Below are positions 38,726 to 50,904 of a stretch of 64,000 nucleotides of DNA, in pieces (position 1 is the stretch's first letter; each line of letters begins with the position of its first letter). The notes under the pieces were generated by a model. The model had not been told where the DNA came from. It was given only the letters and a program-made list of their open reading frames with translations, and did not search any database. The stretch is taken from contig JAMDHS010000030.1 of the NCBI GenBank assembly GCA_029717555.1, positions 1 to 64,000 on the forward strand, written 5' to 3'. The stretch is from Peribolospora baueri (lineage: Eukaryota). Made by a program: the position numbers and the translations under genes.

Positions 38726-40151
38726 CTAAAGCTTCCCCCCGAGGCGCGTCGCACCGTCAAGACGGATGATAGAGCCGTTCTGAAACGTGGTAAGATAACG
38801 GCCGATGAGCACTCGGTCCTCGCTGGCGACGATCAGGCAACTATGGGCATTGACTTGACTCACCAACATCTGGTTCTCGAATACACTCAAGGTCAGATGG
38901 GCGAACTCGTCTGCATCGCCGAATCGTGTCGGAAAGATGAAGGTGCGGACGATAGACTCGCGGGCTGCAAGGTCGAGCGCGGCCAACGAGAGACGCGGTC
39001 AGCAATCCCATGGACAACTAACTTGCCGAGTGATTGGAATGTCTAACACACCCTTTTGTGACATGTGCCTCGTCATGGTCGTCTCGAACGCGCCAGGGCA
39101 GATGGTCATGACACGGATGCCATACCGGGAGAGGTCTCTGTGGGCAAGGAGACGTTGTGGATCGAGTCAGAAGCGCGAATAGAAAGGTCCTTCGCTTACG
39201 ACGAACTCTCGCGCAAAGCCTCGGCCACCTTACCTCGCCATCGGAAGCGTCATGCCCACTACGCCAGCTTTGCTCGCAGCATAAGCCACTTGTCCCTCTT
39301 GCCCCTCGAGTGCGGCCAAGCTGGCAACATTCACGATGACTCCCCTGTCGGGCACATAGGTGTCGACCGGAAGCCGTTCCTTCAGCGAACCTGGATGATC
39401 CTGGAGGATGCGTGCGGCAATAAGTCGGGATACGTTGAAGGTGCCGACCGTCTGTGACCACAGCGAGGAAAGACGATACAGTATTGCCCACTCGAGACAG
39501 TGAGAACGAATCAGGGAAAGAACGTTGGAGCGAGAAGTTAGCTCGAGATACGAACGTTGATTTCCATGACCCTAGCAAATGTAGAGAGGTCGAAGGGCTC
39601 TCCGTCCTTGTCTAGGATCTGTATGTACGGGAGAAGGGAAGGGACAGATGAACAGGGATGAGCGTCGCATCGTCCTACCACACAAAACCGGACGGAATGC
39701 GGAGCGGCAGGTCTTTTTCGGCCCACCTTGCCAGCAACCGCGGCACCCCCGCAATTGACGACGCCCGCGACCTTCTTCCCCTTCCACTCCCCTCCCAGCT
39801 TGTCCACTTCCTCGATCGCCTTCCGCACGTCCTCCTCGCTCGTCACGTCCACCTCGACGAAGTGCGTTCGGCCCTTGAGAGAAGCCTCTCGCTCTAGGGT
39901 CTTGCCGCGTTCCACGTTGATGTCCAGGATGGGACAAAGGGCACCGTGAGCGACGAGGAGCCTCACCGTGGCTTCGCCTAGACCGGACGCGCCGCCTGTC
40001 GAGTGACGGTTCCGTTGGACAGGTTCGGTGATCACGCGCAAGTTGCCCGAACAGAACCGAATTGAGATGAGAAAACTCTGAGAGGACGACTGATCCAGAA
40101 ACAGAGGTGGGACGCACCGGTGACATATATGATCTGATCCTTGACTTTCAT
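38726..40151 (-). CDS. Short-chain dehydrogenase, 3-hydroxyacyl-CoA dehydrogenase type-2 (HSD17B10)-like
   Basis: [57 protein letters not shown]. Ends RLGGKL*. Confidence 0.9.
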
Positions 40152-40612
40152 CCCGTTGGAGATCTGACAAGAGCGATCAGAATGGTGGAAGGCACGGACA
40201 GATGGACCAGATTTCGTGGAGCCCCCACCTCCGCAGTGTCGGCCCGAACATTGCTCCGGGTCCGGTATGGTGACGGATGTATGTGCATGGCCGCACGATC
40301 CCTTGTCGCCAGCCAGCAGATCACACCTCGACTTCCTCCTCAGAGGCTCTGAATTCTTGCACACTCTGTGTGACTGTACCTCCCATCTCTCAATGAGCAA
40401 TGACGCTGGCGTTGCGTTGCAAGGCCATTACGATGCGGCATCATCTTAATCATGTGCTTCCCGGCCTAAGGATAGAACGCCTTGATGTGCCTTCGTCGAT
40501 GAGTCCAGCTACTCGTACACTACCTCCCAACGAAGCGCAACCAAAAAAGAGGGGAGGGGGGGATCCATCCACCTGCATCTCTCCTTCCCCCCTCTCTTCG
40601 CCCTCCGCCTCA

Positions 40613-43600
40613 TCATCCCATCACTGGGATATCACCGATTCGCAACTTGGCCACTCCGTAAGGCACGAGCGTCACATTCACCTTGCCCCCCTGACACTGA
40701 GGCCTGTCGGGTACAGGCCCCGCGGATTGGCCCCAAGGGCCATCGTCGGCCCATGCGACAGTGCAGCCCTGAGCGGTGATGGACAGCGGAGAGGCACCAG
40801 ACGTGAAGACGGGGGAAGGAAGTTTCGGAGCAGAAGAGCCGCCGGAGGAGAGAGTATTGTGGAACGCCAACGTGGATGGATCGATAGCCAAGTTCCACGA
40901 TGAGTTCGGAGCCAGGGTGATGTCCTGGACACCAGCGGGGGTCGGGAACGTTACGCCCGGAGGGAGGTAGAAGTACTGGATGCGGAGCGAGAGAAGGCGC
41001 GCAAGCGGAGCCAATGGTCAATTCGTTTATTTTCGCTAGTTCGCGCCAGGTGACGCAAGGCAATGAGCGACAGAGAAGCTCACGGCGGGTCGCTGGATCT
41101 GCTGCGTGGTGAACGGAATATCGATGACATAGTTCAGCGGGCCCTTGTTGACCGCCACGCTGCTGTTGCCCATCGGTACGACCTCGATCTCCGAAGGCAG
41201 CTGTGAGCCAGCAAGGCAGGTCGAAGAAAAGGATAGGTCAGCCCCTATTCGGCCAACTCTTCCTATCCCCTATTCAGCGATGCCGGTCAGTCGACTTCGT
41301 TCGCCGGCGGGGTAACGACCTCGCCACAACCGCTCACATCAATGACAAAGTTGCTCGTCCCAGCCTTGACCGACACCGTTTGCATTCCGGTTAAAGGGTC
41401 GGGATGGAGCGGCTGAGCGGCGGCCTTGCCGTTGTTGCCCGTCGTCATCGAGATGGTGCCTTTGCCGGCGGTGATAGCCCACTGAGGGATGCGGACCAGC
41501 ATATCAAAGGCTCTGTCTGCCGTCACATTGTAGCGTATGCTGTGCACGGGCATCAGGGGAAGGGGCGGGTTCATGCTTTCTGTCAGTCATCACAGAGGCT
41601 GAAAAGGCCTTATGAGGCGAGGCAGGTGGTGAAGAAGGCACGAAAGCAAGACGTACGCGTCCTCGAAAGGGTAGCTTGTGTCGGTGACAACCTGGACTTT
41701 GTTCCCACCAGAGAGCGTCGTGGCGACACTGAAGGGTCCCAAATAAGCATGGACAAGAGACGCCTTGTCTGGGGTGGTGACAAAGGCAGCTGCCACGGCT
41801 TTGGGCGCAGATTGACCTGAGGACAGACAGGGACACGACAATAACAATTTCTAGCCGTCGTTTCCCTCACCCTCAACCACAACCGCTGGCATGGGGCTCA
41901 CCATGGTTTACTGTGCAGCATGGGTAATTCGGCTGAGCAACCCATGCCATTTTGTCCATGGCAAATGAAGTGGCAGGTCCGGGTTCAGAGGGTAGAAAAG
42001 GAGGGTATGGGAGGCAAACGGTGTGAGGATCCCGATGGAGGAAGAACGAAGGCGAAGTTTGTCGTCATGTGAGACGGCACACGTGTCCCGGTGTCACCGT
42101 CAAGCAACAATCACAGCGCCCTCGCATAGAGAAGATATGGTAAATCTGGAACAAAGCTGTTCAGGCCCACCTCAAGACCGAAAACGTCTGCACACAGCCA
42201 TCGCAGAGCCGTCAAGAAAGGCAGAGCGAAACGCAACGAATGAGTGACTGGACGTGGTTCCGGCGGTCAAAAGCCCAACGGCATGTACCAAGCGCTCACT
42301 CGAATAGTTTCCATCCGAGCGGAACGGGTTGGGGTCGAGGATCTTGGAAAAGACCTGATTCTGCTGCTGGAGGTATTGCCGGCTCCACATGTCTATGCAC
42401 GCGCAGGTCACGCAAATCGTTCTCATGAGCGTGCTCTCCGTACCGCGAAGACGAGAGGCCGACCTATAATGTCGGGGGGGGGAACGGAAGTGCACCTCAC
42501 CTCCTGTCATTTCTCCGGGGAGGGAGTTGTAGAGCAATTTTTCCACCCGGTCGGCAAACGAGCTGTCCCCCAAAAGTTGGTAGTTGTCTGGCGAAAAAAA
42601 AAGGCAGAAGCAGATCGTCGACGTCAGAAAACGGCCGAACCAGTCGTGAGGCAAGCGGACAACAGTCATCGAGAGCGACTCACATGACATGCTGTAACTA
42701 TCTTCAGCGATCTGGCACAGCTCGGCGCTTTGGAGGAAGGTAAGGGCCAGCGAATGAGTCGTGATCCAGTCGTCTGGCAGACGACGGCGTGCGGCGACCG
42801 CGCTGCTGGCACTCACCCCCTCCAAGGATCCAAACCAGCAAGGTGCTCGTCTGCCGCAAAGTGACCGGCCGGCTTGCCGTGGTCTGTGGGTGAGAAGGGC
42901 AAGGTAGACAGACATCCTGAGAGCCCGATCGCTCGTTCACTTCAGCCGCAAAATGCTTTTCGCGCGCTTACAGGTGAAAGTCAGGTTGATACGCTTGTAA
43001 GTGCTGTCGATGTCGGCTTGGTCGTGGCTGTAGCGGTACGATACAGCTCCGCCTTTGAGGGCTGCAGATCGGATGTCGGGGTTTCAATACAAGTGCAGCG
43101 ACGGTATGACAAAAAGGGGGAAAAGAGAAAGCGCCGGTCCTCACCCATGGCCAGATTAACGCCGTGGCTGAAGTTGTCAATGGCCGGCGTGCCGTTCATG
43201 GGAAAGACGGCATCGGTGAAGAAGAGGTCCCAAGTCATGTTCCGGCCCTCGGGCGCATACGCCTCCTGGCCCACTTTGGGAAGCAACTTCATCGTCTCGA
43301 GCAGCTGCGCTTGCGACGCTTCATCGCGCGGGTGAGACTCGTATAGCCATTCGAGGAAGATCTGGTATTCCTGAGCGCGGACGGCGGTCCACTCTTCAAC
43401 GCCGGTATCGCTAATGTTGGGGTTCTTCAACATGCTGTTCGACAAGTTAACAAGCTTGTAGGTCGCGTCCGTGATCTTGTTTACCATCGTCGGCTCCACG
43501 TCGGCCAGCTGCATGAGGCCGAGGAGGAACGGAAAGCGGCCCCAAAGGATGCGCGGCTCTGCCGGGTGACGAAGAACGACACGGGACCGGTAGAGATATC

Positions 43601-43827
43601 GATCAGGGAAAGTGCTGCGAAGAGAAGGAAAACGAAGAACCTTCGCGGACACACTTACCTGGCCCGAGCCACCCATCTGCTTCCTGGTGGTCGATAACAT
43701 AGTTGGCGAAATCGCGCGAATACTGCTTCAAATCCTCACGGTCATCGAGGATGTAGGCGGTGGGGACGATGGCGTTGAAATAGTACGAGCCTGGAGAAAA
43801 GAAAAAAAAAGAAAAAGAGAAAAAAAA

Positions 43828-43859
<32 letters not shown>

Positions 43860-44443
43860 AAAAAAAAAAAAAAACGAGCGAACCGAACCGAACCGATTCG
43901 GGACAGGACGGAAAATGAGCCGTCGGTGTATTTATGCACCTGGGTGAAGAAGGACTGGGTTGGCTCACCGCTCTCCTGTAGATTAGAATAGGTGACGTTT
44001 CCGCCTGTCCAGGTGCTGTTCATGACCCTGAACGAGAGCGGAAGGAAAAGGACGTCGGTTTGTTGAGGGCGTTTCGTAGAACGGCAGCTGGCGTTGCCGT
44101 ACTCACAGCGGGTAGAAAGTGTGCTGTGTGCCGCCCAAGCCATTGGCTTGAAGCTCGACCTGATCCTTGAGCCATCCGCTTGGCTTGACGGAGCCAAGGG
44201 GCAAGGGTGTGTACTTGAGCGGGGCGACTGTGGAAGGAGACAGGTCATGTGAGCCGCCGTCGCCGTCGAAGCCAGGTGGACGAGAAGTGGAGAGGCGTTC
44301 AAACAGGCGCCGGTTCGCGAAGACGACCCACGAGTGAAGTTGCCGCCGGCACCCGTCGGCAGAGATGCACCATGCACCACCACCGCGTGCGTTGCCGCCA
44401 GCAATGAGGAAAGGGCGCTCAGACGGAGCGACGAGGCTTTCAT
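40613..44443 (-). CDS. Secreted glycoside hydrolase, GH127-like (DUF1680, beta-L-arabinofuranosidase-related)
   Basis: Signal peptide, LGSVKPSGWL, HQEADGWLGP, HGVNLA, ADEHLAG, AELC, FADRVEKLLYN, PNYPCCTVNH, VRIPQWA, LVPYG. About 14 introns. Confidence 0.85.
43797..43874. repeat. ~78-nt near-homopolymeric A tract (poly-U in the GH127 pre-mRNA)
   Basis: Directly visible. Lies within intron 43791-43968, adjacent to the acceptor. Confidence 0.95.
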
Positions 44444-45184
44444 TGCGGACCAAAGAAAAGAGGGTTTGTCGTTGTCGTCGAGTATGGATGGTGACGATAG
44501 AGATGTCTTAGTGCGAGGCGAGGCCCAGATGTAGATATAGCTGAGCTCGACCCCGCATGAGGAGGACCGACGCCGGACGGAACTGTCGTCGCCGTCGGCC
44601 GTCCTTACCGGTGTGCCGACGCTTCGTGTAAATAGACAGAGATGTGCGGGAGAAGGCCGACGGGAATCTCGAGCGGGGCCGGCGGCACATACATTGCGCT
44701 TGGCCGAGACGGGTGCCGAGGTGCAGGAGCTGTACCTACGCTGGATGAAAGATGACTTACGTCCCTGTGCGTGCGCCACAAAGGTCCCGTCTCGAAGGAC
44801 TGGAGCCAGCTCGCTTCACTACGGGGCTCCACCCGAGATGTGGCCGCCGCTAGCTGATCGGCCGGACCGCCGGACCGCTCGAGCATCGGACAAACGCGAC
44901 GCGTGCGGGGCGGTTCGGGCTTCTTCTTAAGGCCCCGCCGATAGCACCTCATCCTCGAGTCCAACCTCGGAGCTAGGAGCGCGATGTATTCAGTCCACAG
45001 CACGGCTCCCGTCTGCGGGCGAGATGACTGCGCCCCGATCATGATTACAATAACTACGTCTAATCTTCGCCTCCGCTTGACTGACCCTCGACACACGATG
45101 GAGCCTAAGTACGAACGACGACGCGGCCATAAAAAGTTGAAGGAGAGAGAGAACGCGAGTCAGACCCACGCCTCCTCCGCGTGA

Positions 45185-46675
45185 TCAAAACTCAAAGCTC
45201 TTGTCCAGGTCCTTGCGGATGAGCTCCCGCATGCCCGGAGGTAAGAGCGGCCTCGGTCTTGTGTCCGCGCCGTCGGAGGTCTCCGCGATAGGGAGGGCGA
45301 TGTATCGGAAGGGCATGGACACGCTCTCGCGCTTGCCAAACCTGAGCTCAGGATAGTCGACGTAACCCACGGACGACAGTGGGATGTGATCCTCCGCCAC
45401 GCACTTCGTCACGCCGAGGGCTGTGTCGGTGGTCATCTGTCGGATGGTGGAGGAGGGAGAATGCAGTCGCCAGATATGTCTCGATACGTCTGAGTCTACC
45501 GGATAAGCAAGATCCGAAGGTGGCAGGGCGCGAGCGCTCACCTGTATAGGCCCGAGGTGACGTGTAGGGAAGCCCATGTCTCGCAACGCGCCACTGCAGA
45601 TAAGGTGATGTGAAGAGAATGAAGATCTCAGCGGGGCGTTTCCTCGGTGATCATGGAGAAGCCTCTACCCACGTCCGGTCTCTTGGCGGGTCATCTCCTG
45701 CGAAGACGCGTCCAGAAAGAGACAAAGGGCCGAAGGAAGGCAGATCCGGTCGTGAGCACCGAGTTTCGCTCGGAAAATAGTGCACCGAGGGTCATGATGA
45801 CCAGCTCACCCAGAATACCTCCAAAGAGGAAATACTCAAAGCGCGCTCCTCCTTGCTCTTCTCCTGGCGTAGGCGCAGGCTCTGTCGTCGGCGCACTCAA
45901 GCATGAATCCGCGACGCCGATCTCGACCTCGCTCTTCGGATCGAGCAAGCACACGCGGTCGATGCTTACGCCGCGAGCGGCTAGAAAGTCAAGCACGCCG
46001 ACGTTGTGGAGGTGTGCGCTGGCCGTCGTTGGGGTCGCGGGAACGACGAGGGTGGAAGAAGAGTGAGCGGATCCGAGCGGCCGAGCCGCTGACGAGGCCT
46101 CGAGATCGGACGGCGCCGAGGGCATCAAGGCCCTGCCCAGGGACGCTATGGAGGCGTTCGAGAGGGCGGTGAAGTGGACCGTCGATGTGGAGCCGACGTG
46201 GGTGAGCATGTGCCTGTACTGCAGGACGACGATTTCCGAAACCGTTGAGCGACGGTTGCCTCCTCTCTCTCTCGCTCTCGCCCTCTCTCACCCTGTGCGA
46301 CGGCGACAAAGGGAACAAAGCGGGGGTGAGTGCGGTGGCTTCCTGAGCGTCGACATGCGCGGCGGGATGGTACGCACTCGAGCAAAGCCCATTCGGGAAA
46401 CGCGGCGGCGGGTCCCTCGACGTCGTCTTCCATGTGCTCTGAAACAGGGCATGGACAGAGGGACAGACGAGGTTCTCTCAGCATCGTTCACGTCATGGTC
46501 ACGGCGAGTGCCGTTCCTTCCTCTGTCTGTCTGTCTGTCTGTCCGTCTGTCTGTCTGTCTGTCTGTTTGTCTATCTATCTATCTCGCCGGCGCCAATGAT
46601 CTCACCAATGATGTACTCTGGCCGCTTCCCCTCTCGACCTCGCTCGCCCGCTGCCGCTGCCGCTCCCGTGTCCAT
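45185..46675 (-). CDS. SFM1: SPOUT-family methyltransferase (DUF431)
   Basis: YIIEHME, VCLLDP, FLFGGILGDDPPRDRT, RHLGPIQMTTDTA, YVDYPELRF, VSMPFRY. Confidence 0.9.
46523..46583. repeat. (TCTG)n/(TCTA)n microsatellite in SFM1 intron 1
   Basis: Directly visible. Confidence 0.85.
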
Positions 46676-47048
46676 GCGTGGTCGAGGGCCCAAAGCGAAA
46701 GAGGCTTGCTGAGTGAGCCTGATGAGTCCGGTGGAGAAGAGAGAAGCCCGCTCGCTTGTGTCGCTCGCATGCGTACGGAGGAGCGCGGCGTTAGGCAGGA
46801 AGGGGAGGCGGTGGCCGCGGCTTGGCGGGGATAGGAGGCGGTCGCCACGTGATGGACAACGTGACGGGCGACGGCGAGGCGGCGCGGCTGGCTGGAGAGG
46901 AGAGTGACTATCTCGAGTCTACGCAAGGACGACAGACGAAGGAGACAAGACAAGGTCGGGCCGAGTTGAGTCGACTGCACCGAGTCTTCAAGTCAGGGCG
47001 GCCAATCAATCTGCCCTCGCCTTCTTCGTCTTCTCCACCACCACCTCC

Positions 47049-48951
47049 ATGTCTACCGCCTTGCCTGGCTCCCAATCCCAGCGAGCGCCCGATATGTGAG
47101 TCGAGCTCGTCCGGAGCCACCGCCATTGTCCCGAGAGAGCACACGACTGAGACCGCGCACACCCCTTCTCTTGTCCCCCGTCCTTCCACCGATTCCTCGA
47201 CCGCGCCTCTCCCACCCTTGAACTGACCCCGCTCGCTCAGGTCCCTCCCACCGTCCTACGTGGACATCCTCAACGAGCTCAACCGTGACGTGATCCGCGC
47301 CCGTCCCGCAGATCCACTTCAGTTCTGCGCCAACTGGTTCAACAAACGCCTCGAAGAGCAGCGCACCGCCTCCCGCGCCCGCTCGCTCCCCCAGACACAG
47401 AGCCAGCTCCTCGCGGGACGCTCGCCGCTCGCCATGGCCGCGACCTCGGGCGCAGCGAGCGGCAGCAGGAGCTCTCCGCCACCATTCGGTTCCCTTTCGC
47501 ACATCGAGACCGAGCGCTCGGCGACGTCGCCGTTCAGCCAAGACCCGCTGTCACGCTCGCCTTTCGGCGCCCCGCCCGCACGGTCCGCCGCCGCCGATCC
47601 CGGCTCCATCTTTTCCACCACGAGCCCCTTCGGCGCTAGCGAGCCACTGCCCACCATCGACACCTCAGCCTCTTTCGCCCCCCACAGCGAACCCTCCTCC
47701 TCCATGCCTTCCGAACACAGCTCGGGCTCTGATTTCGTCCCGAGCTCGTACAACTTCGGTCGTCGCACCTCCGTGTCTGCCGAGTCGCTCGCACCCACCG
47801 CCGTCGGCGAGCCCGCGCGGCCCAAGACAGTGATCCCCAAGACGGAAGAGCAGCTGCGCCGGATCGAGGCGAGCATCGGGCGCCAATTCCTTTTCCGCTC
47901 TCTCGACGAGGATCAGTACAAGGACGTGCTCTTGGCGATGGAGGAGAAAAAGTTCGACGAGGGTGTCAGGGTGATCGAGCAGGGCGCCGTCGGCGACTAC
48001 TTCTACGTCGTCGAATCCGGCGCGTTGGACGTGTACAAGGTGACCGGCGACGGCATGGGCTTCCCCGCCGTTGGGTCCGACATGGCCGCCGATCCGGCCG
48101 ACCTGAGCAAGGCCAAGAAGGTGGACCATTACGAACCTGGCGGCGCGTTCGGCGAGTTGGCGCTCATGTACAACGCCCCCCGCGCGGCGACCGTCATCAC
48201 CACCTCGCCTTGCACGCTCTGGGCCCTTGACAGGGTCACCTTCCGGAGCATCCTCATGGAGCACACGAGCCGCAAACGGCGCATGTACGAGTCTTTCCTC
48301 GGTGAAGTCCCGCTCCTCCGCCCTCTCGAGCCGTACGAGCGCGCCAAGGTGGCCGACGCGCTGGAGAGCAGGACGTACGAGGAGGGAGAGATTGTCGTCG
48401 CGGAGGGAGAGCCAGGCACGCACTTCTTCCTCGTAGAGAGCGGGCATGCCATTGCTACCAAAAAGTCCAAGACCACCGAAGGCGCGGAAGAGATCGTCGG
48501 CAACTTGCACAAGGGCGACTATTTTGGCGGTGAGTCTCGTCGAACGTGCTTTCCTTTGTTCGTCCCCGTCTCGCCGTCCAGTGCTCGCCGCCTGTCACCT
48601 GTCATCATCACTATGCGGCGTTTCGTCCCTTTGTCGGCCCCTCTGATTGACTGTGGCTCATTCTGCGTACTTGTCCTGCCCTCCCCTTTAGAGCTCGCCC
48701 TTCTCAACGACGCACCCCGAGCAGCGACCGTTCGGGTATCGTACTCGTCGGACCGCAACAACCGCAACCGGCTGCGTGTGGCCTCCTTGGGCGAGAAGGC
48801 TTTCACCCGCCTCCTTGGCCCCGTGAGCGATATCATGCGCCGTGCGGCTGTTGAGTACCCACGCTCCAGTGAGGTACTCTTGGAGACGCCTGACGGCTCG
48901 GGCATGTTCAGCGGTTCGAAGCCACCGCCCGATGCGGGTGTGCCTGCGTAG
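47049..48951 (+). CDS. PKR1: cAMP-dependent protein kinase regulatory subunit
   Basis: RIIa-type dimerisation domain (PADPLQFCANWF), RRTSVSAES inhibitor site, two cNMP domains (FGELALMYNAPRAAT and FGELALLNDAPRAAT). Two introns. Confidence 0.96.
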
Positions 48952-49515
48952 CGCGTCGTATGTAGCATGCGTCAGGCTCTCAAACGGACCGGGACGTGCC
49001 CGTATCTCTTGGGCGGTTACTCGCACGATGCGTTCGCGTCGTCGCGGCCTGCGCTGGCTGGGACGAGCGTGCCACGACATTCCCTTTTCCTTTCTTTTTC
49101 CTTTCCTTTCCTCTCGTCGTCGTCGGTTTCGCCCGTTGTTCCGAACTCTGGACGTCTTTAGGCTCGTCTCTCTCTGTCTTTCCATCACTCGGTCCGCGCG
49201 CCCGTCTATCTTCCCCTTTGTGGTTGACGCGTGATGTGATGTGACCGCGTCCGCGTTCCATGCACGCATGCCTTCGTGGCCCCCCGTCCCCCACTCTTTC
49301 TTTATCTCACCGGGCATCGTCGTCCATCCTTACCGTTCGCACCTCCGGCGCTTCTCCGTCGCAATACAGCGCTCTCTCAACGATTCCCACTCCGTCCTTC
49401 CCCGCGCCCCGCCTCCCTACCCGCTTGCCTACTTCTATCTCCCCGGATGGGTTGCACGTACGTACGTACTCTGCCAAGCAGTCCGTTGCCAGTCTGCCCT
49501 TCTTTCCCGCCTTGT

Positions 49516-49645
49516 TTCGTTCGTCCGCTCGTTCGTTCGTCCGCTCGTTCGTTCGTCCGCTCGTTCGTTCGTCCGCTCGTTCGTTCGTCCGCTCGTTCGT
49601 TCGTCCGCTCGTTCGTTCGTTCATTCGTTCGTTCGTTCGTTCGTT
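49516..49645. repeat. Compound (TTCG)n/(TCCGCTCG) satellite, ~130 bp
   Basis: Directly visible, downstream of PKR1. Confidence 0.95.
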
Positions 49646-50904
49646 TGTACGACGCCGATGACAGGGATTGGTGACGATGATGAAGAAAGGAAAGCCGCCT
49701 GCAGAGGTCATGATCTGAGCCAAACGCCGCAATAGTGATGTCACGAGGGTTTCTGCGCATGGCCACCAAAGGGGACGTGCATGGTGTGTGCGTAATAAGG
49801 AAGTCAAGTCTGCCGCCGGCGTCATAACGCTGCCGATCACCACCAGCCCCGGGAGGCGGCGTCGAGATCAGATAAATCAAGATATCAATCAAGACCCGCC
49901 GACGGCGACCAGGGCGAGAGGAATACCACGACGCCGGGCGGACGAACTAAGCTATGGCACACCAAAAGTACGACCGCGCCCCACGCCACGCTGACCTGAG
50001 GCTGTACGCTTCCCCCCCCCCAACCACCACCACTCTGCGTCATCGGCGTCGACGGATACGGTGTCGCCTGCGGGGTGCGATGATGCCACCAACGTCGCTC
50101 CCGAGGGCCGCAGTTCTCCCTGCTGTTCCTCTGCTGTGTCCTGCTATGGTATAGATATGAAAAAGACTGTTCCTTCTGTTCTTCCTATGAGAAGAAGGTG
50201 CAGTCTCCTTTCCAACCCGTTCTTTTCCCATCCCGCTCCCACGATACGACGCCGCCGCGACCTAGGCGACGACCAGTTTCTCTCCTCGATGACGCCTCTT
50301 CTCTGCGTAGATACCCCGATTTCATAGATGGCCTGTATCGATTCGAGCCGGCTCGCTGACCCGAAGGGATGACCACCAGTATGCAGACGCGTACACGCCG
50401 TCCGTCTGTCAAACCTTGAACCATCTCGTCCTTTCGGACATGGAGTTGGCCGAGTGAGAGAGCTAATGTGGGAAAGGGAGCGGCCAGTATGTACAGTGGA
50501 GTGCCGATGGAAAGGACCGGGACGAAGGAGAACGTTCGGACGAGCTGGACGACGGGCCTTCGCTGGACGACATTGGCTGGCGCCAAGACGTCTTTCCTCC
50601 TCTCCAACGCTTCCTGGGTCGACAGGCGCCGCGGCGGCGGCGACAGTCACGCTTATTTGGTCTTTTACGACGGTCGGCCCAGTGCTTCTGTTCACTCGAC
50701 TTATCGAGTAGTGCTTGGGATCGGAGAACTTGCTGACGCTGGGGCTCACGGTCGTCGTCCGAACAGATATTGTCGTCATCGCGCGGGCGGGCCGCCTCCG
50801 CACGCGCCTCCCCGCGGCGTGAGACCCGTGGAGCCCCCCATTTAAGGCGCAGGTCGTGAGACCCACGTTGGACTTCGTGGTTACTTACCATCCTCTGACA
50901 GACG

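Noticed and set aside
46719..46745. CTGATGAGTCC resembling a hammerhead ribozyme core
   Set aside because: No GGAC-GAAA closure of stem II and no evident stems I/III.
49516..49645. CRISPR-like array
   Set aside because: No unique spacers, eukaryotic context and no cas genes; it is a simple satellite.
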